Shown here piece by piece: positions 36,946 through 50,068 of a stretch of 64,000 bases of DNA. The notes beneath the pieces were generated by a model that was not told the DNA's origin, made no database searches, and saw only the letters and a list, made by a program, of their open reading frames with translations. Location of the stretch: assembly GCA_951406725.2 (NCBI GenBank), contig OX597824.1, forward strand, positions 47,182,001 to 47,246,000. The letters run 5' to 3'. Every line of letters begins with the position of its first letter. Within the stretch, counting starts at the first letter, position 1. Source of the stretch: Octopus vulgaris (lineage: Eukaryota). A program made the translations under genes and the position numbers.

Positions 36946-38518
36946 GTAAAAATTTCCCTCGACAGTATTCATATTTCATTAGAACCATTACTATTTAATA
37001 CATCCGAAAAAGATAATAATAATAATAAATTCTTTAGTGAAAGGAAATTGTTCTTGTATTGAAATTCTAAATTACTAAAATATTTTCAGTTATTAATTTC
37101 TTGGACCATTCTGAAATTATTTATAATATTTGCTTTAATTACTCTTATCCTTTTAATATAAAGAAAAGTTTACTTGAATACAGTAATATCAGTTATAATA
37201 AATAATAACAATATTTGGCATCTGTAGTTATGCCAAATATTTTTTATTATTTTAGGAAGATTTTTAAGGCTGCATAATACGAGCATTAATAACAAAACTT
37301 ACGGTAACCTTCACTCTGCACTCATGCACACATTACACCTGTAAATGCAAGATCAAAATCATTCCTTGTCTCCTAATCATGATTTATATTATAAATATAA
37401 ATATATGCAGTGAATGGCATATTTAATTTCCGAATGTGCAGGGTTGATTTAGGATCATTGAAAGAAACGTATATCAATACATGGAAGATGTGTGATCGTT
37501 ATGTAACACTGCGATGTTTCAAGTGAAATTCGATGGATACCAAATCCTTTCGAAAGGAGAATGCCATCATCTTTATTGGCAAATATGCTCCAACTTTAAC
37601 CCAAATATACAATAACTGAGTAAAAGACACGTTAGTCAAAGCTGGAGTGATTTTGATCATAAATCTACTGAATCAAGTTTGACCTGAAACAGTTTTAATC
37701 GAACACCAAACTCTACTCAGCTGAACTTTCCATAAGTATTCCTTTCTCTTCTTAAATCCACTTCCCATTTATCGCTACATATGCTCTATTTCTATCACTT
37801 CATGTAGCTGAATTCTTCAAAAATATTCTCAGTATTCCTTCAGTTCTGTCGCTTGAATTTCTTTGAAGATTTTAGAGCCAAGATATAAGGGAAACTACTC
37901 TGTCAAACATTTGAAGTTTATCGTGAGTCTAACCTAACCAAAAACGACTCATTAGTATCGTAAATATATACTGTATTTATAGATTAATATTACTTATATG
38001 TTGAAGGTGGTAGATGCAGAATCGTCAACACGCCTGACAAAATGCTTAACGGTATTTCGTCCGTCTTCATGGTTTGATTTCAAATTTAACCGAGGTTGTG
38101 TTTACTTTTCATTCTCTCAGAGTCGATAAAAAAGTCCAAGTCCGGTAATAAAGTCCAAGAAAAAAAGTCAGTTTTGGCTTAGAAAAAAAAAGAGTCACAG
38201 TAATAAACTCACAATGTTGACTAGGAAAATAAGTCACAGGAAAAAGAGTCACAATTTATGGGATCCGGACAAAACCCCCCTAGGACGGACACACCCGCCG
38301 GAAACCCCAGTGACTTTTTTTCCCGTGGACTTTTTTAAATGGTGACCTTTTTTTTTACCTTGATTCGATAAAATAAGTACAGTTGAGCACTGGTTTCGAT
38401 GTAATCGACTTGCCCACTCCCCAGAAATTGCTGGCTTATGCCAAATTTTCAAACAATATTTCTTACATGCTGGATCTTATGTATTAACTCAGTATTTTTT
38501 TGCTTTCTTTGTTTCTAG

Positions 38519-38609
38519 AGTATAACCAACATACCCTGTATGCGGAATTCACTTCTGACTGGCTTGAGTAGCGGTATAATTGGTGGTTTGGCATATTTTT
38601 TATTTACTA
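38519..38609 (+). CDS. COX20: COX20 exon 2
   Basis: tag|SITNIPCMRNSLLTGLSSGIIGGLAYFLFT(S)|gtaagt; PCxRxSxLxG...FLFTS signature with TM helix. Confidence 0.93.
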
Positions 38610-40062
38610 GTAAGTTTCAATGTTTTATTGTTTTATTTATTTATATACTGATTTATTTTGATTGTGGAGTAGAATTGGTTACAATAACTGACACATTGCT
38701 CATGGTTTTTGTAACTAAAAAGATGTGAATGCTTTCCGGTGTCATCTAAGTTCTTTTAAGGACTCTTATTTGGGTCTTATTTCATAGTACTGAACAGAGC
38801 ATGCTATCAGGTAACCTGAGCTATCCTGGGTTAAGTGTACTACTAAATTCACAAAGAAATACCTTCCAATATAATAGTGGTATGCAAATGAAGATTTATC
38901 TTTTAACATTACAGAACACAAGAGCTGAGTACCAGCCCCATAGATCCTTCTGCTTTGTGAAAGAATTAACTGCCTTGAAAAAGTGTGAATGAAAGGCTTT
39001 GGTAGTGGGGACAGGAATGGGTAAAAACCAATTGGATTTAACAAAGCATATTACTTGTGCTATTTTATCAAGTTCAGGAAGCTGAATTAGATAAAATGAA
39101 TCATCAACCTTGGTCTACTACCGACTATGCTAGATCAATCACGTTATACTCAAGTTGCAGTTGGATAGCAAAATCTTCAAGATTAGACAATGAACTTCTC
39201 CACTGGTTGTTTTCATGACAAACATATTTTATCCATTTATTATTGTCTTAATCAAAAATATTCAGACTGCTAAGGATCAGAGAATGCTCTAAGTTTTGTA
39301 AGAGAGTTCCTCTTATGCTGTTTTTATGAAAAATAGTCCATACTATGGTTACCACTGCTGATTATAGGAAGAGATACTAGTCATGCCAAAATCTCAATCA
39401 AAATATCACAGTGTGTGAGCTTACTTCTACTGCAATCATTGCCATTAGGGATACTGTAGAGGACTACTGCTAACTGAATGCATTCTTTAAATTCAGCTAA
39501 ATTGTTGCTCCATCCTGGAGATGGAGGTAGAGAAAATGATTGCAGCCAAATTGATAAAAAGCTGTCGTGGACAGAGAAGTAAGATCCAACAGGAATGAAA
39601 ATAGAATTATAAAAATTATAAACAAAATAAAAAATCTATCCACTTTTAACACATATTACACATGATAAGCATAAATAAAAGTGAGTTTTTTAGAAAATTG
39701 TTTGATTTCACTGAAATAGACAGTTAATTCTAGGACACCCTGTATAACTGGTACTCTATCAGTTACAACAATGAGTGTTCCAATTGATCTAATCAATGAA
39801 ACAGCTTACTTGTGAAATTAATGTGTAAGTGGCTGAGCACTCCACAGACACACATACCCATAACATAGTTCCCAGGGAGATTCAGCGCAACACAGAATGT
39901 GACAAGGCTAGTCCTATGAATTACAGGTACTTCTCATTTTTGCCAGCTGAATGGACTGGAGCAATGTGAAATAAAGTGTCTTGTTCTAGGACACAATGCA
40001 CTACCAGGTATTGAACTTATGACCTTACAATTGTGAGCCAAATACACTAAACCACTAAGCCA

Positions 40063-40072
40063 TATATATATA

Positions 40073-40151
<79 letters not shown>
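40063..40151. repeat. (TA)n microsatellite
   Basis: directly visible; other (TA)n tracts near 8847, 24400, 58545, 60690. Confidence 0.95.
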
Positions 40152-40154
<3 letters not shown>

Positions 40155-40253
40155 GGGAGTAAGCACATAAATGCGAAACAGGGCAGAAAAAATAGTACTC
40201 AAATACCAGAGGTAGAGTAATGTGCTTTATTGAAAAGCAGCAAAAATATCACA

Positions 40254-40299
40254 AAAACTGTTACTCAGAGTTTCACGTTCTTGTTCATCGGACAGTTTT
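40254..40299 (-). ncRNA. Minimal type I hammerhead-ribozyme-like motif (Penelope pLTR type)
   Basis: minus strand AAAACTGT-CCGATGA-ACAAGAACGT-GAAA-CTCTGAG-TA-ACAGTTTT: 8-bp stem I, core with a U4C change, short stem II, CTC/GAG stem III, GUA triplet. Confidence 0.6.
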
Positions 40300-40376
40300 G
40301 TTTAGAATTTTAAACAAAACTGTCTGACGAATGGGAACCTGAAACTAATTTTTTTGTGATATTTTTTGCTGCTATA

Positions 40377-40427
<51 letters not shown>

Positions 40428-40445
40428 ACTTTTGTTATTTTTCAG

Positions 40446-40509
40446 GCAATGTACGGGTGGCAACCCATGTTGGAGTTGGAACATACGCTATCCTAGCTAC
40501 AGCATCATG
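40446..40509 (+). CDS. COX20: COX20 exon 3
   Basis: cag|NVRVATHVGVGTYAILATAS(W)|gtaagt; second TM helix, phase 1-2. Confidence 0.9.
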
Positions 40510-41012
40510 GTAAGTGATAATTAAGTAACAGCCACCAAATTCCCTAATTACAAACTTTATGTAGTATTTCATTGTCAATCACCTTTATATATTGTTAGTA
40601 CTTATTGTATCAAAGCCATAGAAATAACAAACAACACAGAACCAGACATGATGAAAATACTATAAAACATTTAATCCACACTGAATTCGATCATCTTCAC
40701 TACCTCTATAGCTTCTCTTAAAAGGTGACTAATGATTTATTAATATCTTTTTAACTTCTTCAGCATCTGTATTGATAGTTATTACTATAAATCAAAAGAG
40801 GGTATGCCAAAAATATTGTCCAACTTCCCAGAAGTAGCAGCCAAGTGTTCCTTATATCAAACATAACTGTCTTAGAAACAGAAAGGCACATTGAATAATG
40901 TAGTCCTAGATATACTACATCTGAAAATAAGAAGGGTTTGTCATATCTAGAACATCTTCAAGTAGAATTCATCCCAATAAGGGGTGAGCAAAGACTAACA
41001 ATAGCAATATCT

Positions 41013-41046
<34 letters not shown>

Positions 41047-41287
41047 CCAGGGTAGAACTTTGGAATCTCTAGTCATAAGCACTATTGGTGTGTGGTTTAG
41101 AAGTTCACTTCCCAACCATGTGGTAACAGGTTCAGTCCCACTGTGCAGCAGCTTAGACAAGTTTTTTATGCTATAATCTTGGTTGATCAAAACCTTGTGA
41201 GTAGATTTGGCAGAGAGAAAATGTAAAAAAACCTGGCACAGCCTGGGCCTATACTGGCCGAAACCTATCAAAGTTATATATATATAT

Positions 41288-43300
41288 ATCATCATCATCA
41301 TTTAACATCTATTTTCCATGCTGGCATGGGTTGGACAGTTTGATTGGGCTGGCACACTGGAAGGCTGCACTAGGATCCAGTCTGATTTGGCATGGTTTTC
41401 TACAGCTGGATGCCCTCCCTAATGCCAACTACTCTGAGAGTGTAATTGGTGCTTTTACGCACCACCGGCATGAGTGCCATTTGCAAGACATCAATATCTG
41501 CCACAATTGCGATTTTCCTCGGCTTGATGGGTCTTCTTCTCAAGCACAACATAATGCCAAAAGTCTTGGTCATTGCCTCCAGCACTCAAAAGGAACTCGG
41601 CCACTTTACCTCCATGAGGCCCAACAGTTGAAAGGAACTCAGCCACCTCACCGTGAGGCCCGCTCAAAAGGAATTCATCCACCTCTCCTTTGTGAGGCCA
41701 ACATTTGAAAGGAACTCAGTCACTTTGCCTCCATGAGGTCCAATGCTCGAAAGGAACTCAGCCACCTCGCCTCTGTGAGGCCCAAACTTGAAAAGAACTC
41801 AGCCACTTTGCTTCCATCAGACCCAATGCTCAAAAGGTACTTAGTCATTTTGCCTCTATGATGCCCAACATCCAAATGTTGATTTTTTTTACGTGCCACT
41901 AGCAAGAGTGCACTTGACTTGATGGGTCCTCTTAACCAGAGCACATTGCCAAAGGACTCGGTCACTGGTCATTGCCTCTGTGAGGTTCAAAGTTCACCAC
42001 CTTGTTCCATGTCTTCCTGGGTTTACATCTACCACAGGTTCCCTCCACGGTTAGTGATCAACACTTCTTTACACACCTGTCCTCGTCCATATGCATCACA
42101 TGACCATACCAGTGCAGTCGTCTCTTTTGCACACCACATCTGATTCCTCTTATGCCTAACTTTTCTCTCAAGATGCTTACACTCTGTCGAATATGCATAC
42201 TGACATTGCACATCTGGTGAAGCATATTGGCTTTCATTTCTTTCAAGCCTACACATGTCCTCAACTGTTATTGCCCATGTTTCACTACCATGCAGCATAG
42301 CTGTTCACACAGAGGCATCAAACAATCTGCCTTTCACTCTGAGAGAGAGGCCCTTTGTTGCCAGCAGGGTAGGAGCTCTCTGAACTTTGCCCAGCCTAAT
42401 CTTATTCTCGTAGCTGTCCACTTGGAACAACCACCGCCACTACTAACCTGATCCTCTAGATACCAGAAGCTATCTACTACCTCTAACTCATCCCCTGGCA
42501 GTTGATGGACTCAATTTTCTGCACATGTTCAGCATTTATTATGCCTGTGCACCTTCCACATACAAAAGTTAGTTTCTCTGTTAACCTTCCTTTGATGTTG
42601 CTGCACCTTTTGTGTATCCAAAGCTTACACGGGTTTATGTTATGGAGTTTCTACCTACACCTTTTCTACAGATTGAGCAGGGCCATCTACCTGAGGGGAT
42701 TTTTGTCTGCCTTCCTACTTACTATGACTTTGGTTTTTGCTAGGTTAACTCTAACTTTGATTCTAGACATTGTTTCCTACCTGGAACTTCTTTTCTAGCT
42801 CAGGTAATGATTCAGCTATAAGAGCAAGGTCATCAGCATAGAGGCAGTCTGTCTTGAATTCCTGTTATTGCCTGGAGGACTATGATGAACAAGAGGGGGC
42901 TGAGCGCCAATCTTTGGTAAACCCCTACTTGTACTCGTTGCCCACCCTCACCTTACTAGTAGTGTCCCTGTACAAGGCTTGTACAGCTCTCACCAACCAC
43001 TCGTCTATCCCTAGTTTCCACATTGGTCACCAGATAATGGATCAGGGGACTCTGTCAAAAGCTTTCTCCAAGTCAACAAAAGCCAAGTACAGAGGTTTAT
43101 CTTTGGCTAGATATTTCTCCTGAAGTTGCCTTACCAGAAATATAGCTTGGCACAAAGCCAAACTACATCTCCTCTAGACTAACTCTCTCCCTGATTAGTT
43201 GGGCTATGACTCTCTCCACAACTTTCATCACCTGATCCAACAATTTGATACCTCTATAATTATTTCTATCTAAGACATCACCTTTACCTTCATAGCAAGT
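41288..43300 (-). mobile_element. Older RTE LINE fragment with 41-bp 3'-UTR array; in COX20 intron 3
   Basis: degenerate RT (LYADDLALIA, MLHGSETW, GVQKRRLHWYGHV); (CAT)n tail at 41288; about 7 copies of a ~41-bp repeat at 41575-41870. Confidence 0.88.
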
Positions 43301-44449
43301 ATATATATATATATATATATATACTCATACTCACATAGATATATATGAATGTCATATTATAAATGTACTGAGAGAAAGACTAGGCATAAGAAGAATTAGA
43401 TATAGAGTACAAGAAAGAAGACTGCACTGGTACAGACATGTGATGCTTATGGATGAGGACAGCTGTATAAAGAAGTGTGGATCACTGAATGTGACTGGAG
43501 CCTGTGAACAAAGAAGTGCTAGGAAGATATAAGATGAAATGAATGGTAACCTTAGAACCCTGAGCCTCATAGAGGAAATGAAAAAGGACCAGGATATCTA
43601 GTGATGCAAGGTTCTTATGAAAGCCCACCCATCATAATGAAACTGACTTCTAGAAGCTCTGCTTAGGGATAAATTGTACATGTATACGTATATATGACTG
43701 TGTGTATATACATATATATATGAGCACCCTAATCAATCAATCCCCCCCACATCATACCATCAACTGCAGATCCTTCCCTCATACCTTAACCCCCATCTAG
43801 CATACAGAAGCAACATTTTCCTTCCCTGGGTTTATTGCCTTTCAAGCTACATTGTGCCCTCAATAGTGCTGGTGGCATGAAAAAAGCACCCAATACACAT
43901 TGTAAAGTGGTTGGCATTAGGAAGGACTTCCAACAGTAGAAACCATGCCAAAACAAATATTGGAGTATGATTCAGTCCACGACTCATTGGATCCTTGTCA
44001 AACTGTCCAACCAACATGGAATACAATAGCCTCTGCTATGCAGTTATTGATTTGATCGAGTCTCCTAAATCATTTCAGTTCATGATATAATGTCTGCTAT
44101 AAAAAGGCTTCAAAGCAAGCTGTTAGTCTTGAACCTTGGTTATATTACTCAGACTTCTTTACACCCATTGTGCAAAACTGTAGCAGTCATGGCATGTTGG
44201 TTATGTTTTGGATAAAACAGAGTCCAAAGAGAATTATGTTGGTGGTAGTGGTCTGCATTGTAAGACTTGTATTATTTGAGAACAGCAATGTAGGGTACAG
44301 TGAAATTGCTGAGAGGAGTAGATTATCCAATGTTTCAGACAGAGTCTTTCTTCAGAGTTAAGGGTTTTATCTGAAACATATGTGTAAGAAAATACATACG
44401 TGTGCGCACACATACACACACACACATATATATATACATGCATGATACA

Positions 44450-45115
44450 AGGGGTATATGAGGACGTTTAATTATCAGTATATCACTCTCTTCAAACCAA
44501 CTAAAAGGTTTTTATTTCTTTCAGATCCTCAGTGCCAGATAAAATGTTAACACAAGAAATAAAGACATGCTGCTATTGTTGACATATTTCTGGAACACTG
44601 CAATTTAGAAATTACTACCTTTCTAAAGATCTTTTGTGCACAAAGTTCAGATGAAATTGGAAGCTCCTAGTGGGAATGTTTCAACTATATCAAAGTGAAA
44701 AACCATTCTACATGTTCTGATACTGTTAAAGACACCACAATTCATCCAATGGTTTCAAAACATTATCAGTAATGTCCCCAGAAAATTAGTGAAGGCCCCT
44801 TGCCAGAGAACTTCAGATGTTGAAGTTGTTTATCAGAACAGTGATGCATGAGGACATTCAATATATGTTGCATATACTGAGGAGAGGCCAGTTTATGTCT
44901 GCAAAGACAGAGGAAAACTGTTTGACCCTGCCAAGCAGTTACTTAACAAGGTTAAAAAAAACCTCGCAAACATGGCATGCTTTGGTTCTTTTCTGATGAA
45001 AGCTTCTACCAAGACCATAAGTCTAACAAAAGTGACAGATGTTTATGTGCAGATTCTTCCCATGTCCCCAAAGTGATGCATACTAAGTTTCCAGCAACTG
45101 TGTTGGTTTTGGGGC
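44450..45115 (+). mobile_element. Degraded Tc1/mariner-superfamily (maT-like) transposase fragment
   Basis: VMHEDIQY..ILRRGQFMS, LWFFSDES, VPKVMHTKFPATVLVLG. Confidence 0.6.
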
Positions 45116-45556
45116 AGGCAGGCAGGTGGATGGGTGGGTTTCTTCTTCTATAGCCCTGAACCAGATAGACACTGAAAGAAGTTCATTGTGTGTGTACACG
45201 TGTGTATGTACATACATATGTATGTATAAACACACACATATTTATATACATATATGTGTACACATGTATGCGTGTGTTTGTGACTCCTTGTCTTGACACC
45301 ATGTGAAAATTGTAAACAAAGTGTCACTGTCATACACGTGGTGCTGTTTGTTTCGAATTCCCTATGTATACATGTCCAACAACAGGGAAATACTACTTTG
45401 CTTGGAAACAAGTAAAGATTAGTGACAAAGAGCATTATGTCAGAGAAAATCTGCCACAACAAATTGTGCCTAACCCAAGCAAATGTGGATGCTAAAATGG
45501 TGGTGGTTCTGCTGGTGCAGGTTGATGATATTGGTGATGATCATGATCAAAGTTAA

Positions 45557-45756
45557 CCCTTTTGATTTCAAATTGCCTAAGTCTGCCCCTGGTTGTATCA
45601 TACAAACTTCTTGTTTAAAATGGCTTAAATTAAAACCAGTCAAAATTTCTCATTATTCTGAATAGCAACACAGTTATTTTACTAAATTCTTCATTACTTT
45701 CAAAATTAATTGAAACAAAGACAGTGTATTTCAATAAAAATATAATAATGAAAAGA
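45557..45756. mobile_element. Probable piggyBac-type MITE of another family
   Basis: TTAA|CCCTTTTG...GAAAAGA|TTAA; right end degenerate. Confidence 0.45.
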
Positions 45757-45803
45757 TTAAACATTTATTCCAGTGATTCATCTGTCTGTTTCCTCCTTTG
45801 TAG

Positions 45804-45921
45804 GTCTTTCTGCCGATACAACTACTCTAAAATGAAATTTCAACAGCGAGAAATACGACAAGCCTTTCAAACAGCTGTAATCCAAAATGTAGAAAAAGAA
45901 AGTAACTTGCCAAAAGCATAG
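45804..45921 (+). CDS. COX20: COX20 exon 4 (terminal)
   Basis: tag|(W)SFCRYNYSKMKFQQREIRQAFQTAVIQNVEKESNLPKA*; WxxCRYNY motif. Confidence 0.93.
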
Positions 45922-48466
45922 TTGTTAAACTGTATTATTAGACTCATTGATTGGACTAAATCTCAATTACCGTAATGATAATTGAATCACTTAGTTATGT
46001 CCCTTCGTTCACTTTTTGTGTGTGTGTGTGTGTAAAGCAGAATAGAGTTTAAACCAGAAATTTGGTTGAAAGCGCTTAAAACAGCTATATCACTTTGTAT
46101 TTTGTTTTTTTTGTTGGGGTGGGATCTTTTTTAATGCCTGACATGTTGAATATCTTAACATGTTGAATATCTGACTCTACTATTTATCAAAATGAAATAA
46201 TAAAGACAATAAAACTCCAAAAATTTTACCTCTGTTGATTATTGGTATACTTGAATGAGATACTGTTTGTAAATGTAATCTTTAATTTTAAAGAAATTGT
46301 TTTCAAAATTTGAACTTAAAAGAGAGCAAGCTTTAAAACAATTGATTGAATAACTTTTTCTTTCTCTCTCTCTCTTTATAAATAGCATAGCTATTTGGTT
46401 AAGAAGTGAACTTCCTAACCATGTGGTTTCAGGTTCAGTCCATCAGCACAGAAACTTGTCATAGCCCTGGATAAATTCGGTAGATGGAGGACCTCAAGAC
46501 ACCTGTCGTGTGTGTGTTTGCATGCACGTGTGTGTCTGTGTTTGTTTACATCTATGTTCACTTATATGAAAGACACAATTTCCAGCAGTGTTTTTCTTGA
46601 CACTTCTGTCAAATCATTCCTACTTTGAAGCTATGTAGAATAAGAGTTCCCTTACTTGAAAAACAGATATGAATTAGCATTGGGACAGGTAACTGGCTGT
46701 AAAACTATGCCTCAGTAACATATTTGTTTAACCCACATAACAGGAAAAAACAGACAAAAACGAACAAAATAAGCAAAACCACTAACGTACATTAGTAAGA
46801 CATACTATCATATTTAGTATTATTAGAGACATAAATGACTCTTTGGAAAGTATTCAACTGTTGACAGCATGTTTATCAGTTTTAAATCTTACTAGAACCG
46901 TTGTAGTGTTTAGAGCATGGTATACTACCCTGCTAGCTATAGTTGGTCTGACGGCAGAAAAACAAAATTTTCTCTTAATCATAGTTGGGTTGTTAGCAGT
47001 AAGAAGGGTAACCAGATGTAACATTACTAGTTCCAAGAAAATAATCTCACTCATACCATCCCTCCATCTCCAGCCACTGTTCCTGGAAATGTTGTGGAGG
47101 TAAAGTCCTCAGGCACCTCCTCCAGTGCGGTCTTCCCAGAAGCAACTCATTAAACTTTCCAAGCATTGACTAACTGAGACTATGGATATTATCCAACTGT
47201 ATCATTTGTGGTCTGCCCCTAGGTTTTCTGCCAGTTTGCTTAACTTGAAATATTCATCTTGTGATTCTTTCCTGTGAAATTTAATCACATACTGGAGCTA
47301 CCCAAGGACAAAAATCGCATTACATAGTGTTATTCCAACTATAAATTCTTCACTAAATTCATTATTATCTCTCACTTTGCTAACACTGCTGCACAGGGTT
47401 TGCAAAACTCTCACAATTTATTCATCTACACTCAATGAATTCAGCAACTATTTGAAGGCTTTCAAATATCAGCAAATAATAGATATATTTGTTTTTTATT
47501 GCCCACAGGGAGCTAAACATAGAGAGGTCAAAGGGATTAAGTCGATTACATCGGCCCCAGTGCATAACTGGTACTTATTTAATTGACTCTGAAAGGATGA
47601 AAGGTAAAGTCAACCTCGGTGGAATTTGAACTCAAAACATAACAGCAGACGAAATACCGTTAAGCATTTCACCCAACATGCTAACATTTCTGCCAGCTCA
47701 CTAGATATATTAGCTTGCTCTTAGCTAAGAATTTCTGTAGGTCCCTTTTCTGACTCAAACCAAAAACTACATCTCATTTAAGCTTATTCTCTTAGCTTGC
47801 ACACACCTATCTACTCAACAATTTCATCAACAGGTTATTTCATTGAAACTCCAGTTGTTCTCTATATCATAATCACTTTATTTCCCTACCTTCTCATTAT
47901 AGGTATCACTTAATACTTCTTTGAAGTTATATATGTTATCTTTTTAATTGTTTGGTCTGAGGAGGAAGATTTGTGCCCATATTTTTTCCCAGAGCCTTCA
48001 AGATTGTTGGGAGAAACTTGAGAGATTGTTACAAACTGGGGTCCACTAAAGTCATTCAAGGACCAGACATAGAAAAAGTAAAATCTGGAATCAAAGGGTC
48101 ATGAAGTAAACTTAATCAAGACTAAAGTTAATACTTAGGGGAAAGAAGAAAAAAAAGACAGGACTCTACTACCATCAGGGAAATGGTTGTACTCAATATG
48201 CAGAAAAGTAGTGAGTAAAAACTCCATACAGTGTGCTCAGTGTAAATTATGGATGCACAAGAGGTGGCATGGCTAACAGTTATATTAGCTTTCACATGTG
48301 GCAGATACATAACTGAATTAAGCTTTAAGAGGACCCAGGAAATAGGCTCTGCTCCAAAGACTCCCTAGAAATAGTGAATAATTTCTTTTGTTATTTTAGT
48401 GATCTAATAGACGGCAGAGGTGGTAATGGACCTTTCAGAGCCTTGTTTTGTTGTAGTTGTTATTAG

Positions 48467-50068
48467 TAGGTGATGAGCTGGAAGAATCGTTAGCATGTCA
48501 GGCAAAATGCTTAGCAGCATTTCATCTATTTTAACGTGCTAAGTTGGTGTTGCATTGGATTGGTAGAATTGCTAGACTGTCAAAAAAAAGTACTTTGTAG
48601 TATTTTGTTCTGACTATTTTTCTGAGTTCAAAACCTTCCTAGGTTAATTTTATCTTTCATCCCTTCAGGGTTGAGAAAATAAAGTACCAGTGAAGCAGTG
48701 TGGCCTTGAACCAAAATCTGAAACATCATCATTATTATTATTATTATTAAAGGCTGCAAGCTGGCAGAGTCCTTAGCATGCCAGGCAAAATGCTTAGTGG
48801 TATTTCGTCTGTCTTTATGTTCTGAGTTCAAATTCCGCCGGGGTCGACTTTGCCTTTCATTCTTTCAGGGTTGATAAATTAAGTACTAGTTACATACTGG
48901 AGCCGATCTAATCAACAGACCCCCTCCTACCAAATTTCAGGCCTTGTGCCTATAGTAGAAAGGATTATTATTATTATTATGAATGGTGGTGAGCTGGCAG
49001 AATCATTAGCACGCCAGGCGAAATGCGTAGCCGTATTTCGTCTGCCGTTACGTTCTGAGTTCAAATTCCGCCGAGGTCAACTTTGCCTTTCATCCTTTCA
49101 GGGTCGATTAAATAAGTACCCGTTATGCACTGGGGTCAATGTAATCGACTTAATCCCTTTGTCTGTCCTTGTTTGTCCCTCTATGTTTAGCCCCTTGTGG
49201 GCAATAAAGAAATAAGAATCATTAGCACGCCGGGTGAAATGCTTAGCAGTATTTCATCTGTTGCTACATTCTGAGTTCAAATTCCATCGGAGTCGACTTT
49301 GCCTTTTGTCCTTTCAGGGTTGATTAAATAAGTACCAGCTATGCACAGGGGTTAATGTAATCAACTTAATCCCTTCCCCAAATGTGAGGCCTTGTGCTAC
49401 CAGTAGAAAGGATTATTATTATTCAGGCAGTAAGCTGGCAGAATCATTAGCATGCCAGACAAAATGCTTTGCAGCGTTTAGTCCATCTGTTGCTACATTC
49501 TGAGTTCAAATTCCACTGAGGTTGACTTTGCCTTTCATCTTTTCAGGGTCAATAGAATGAGTACCAGTTGGGGGTCCATGTAATCAACTAGTCCCCTCCC
49601 ACCAAATTTCAGGCCTTGTGCTTATAGTAGAAAAGATTATTATTATTATTATTATTATTGCTATTATTGAAGCAATGAGCTGATAGAATCATTAGCACAG
49701 TGGACAAAATGCTTTGCAGGTTTCTTTCCACTCTTTACAAACTACTTTCAAATACTGCTGACATCAATTTTGCATTTCATCTGTTTAGGATCAACAAAAT
49801 AAAGTAGCAATCAAATACAGTTAACCCCATCTCCTTAAAATTACTGACTTTACACTAAAATTTAAAACAATTATTATTATTATTATCATTCATCCGTCTT
49901 TGTTTTGGGTCCAAATTCCACTAAGTTCAACTTTGCCTTTTATCCTTTTGGGGTTGATAAATAAAGTACTAGTTGAGTACTGGGGTCAATGTAAACAACT
50001 ACCCCATCCCCGAGATTTCAGGCCTTGTGCCTATTGCAGAAAGGATTATTATAATTATTATTATTATT
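48467..50068 (+). repeat. Head-to-tail cluster of family-A SINEs joined by (ATT)n; resumes at 53426-54062
   Basis: at least 7 recurrences of GCTGGCAGAATC / GAGTTCAAATTCC / GCCTTGTGCC..TAGAAAGGATTATTATT-type segments. Confidence 0.88.
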
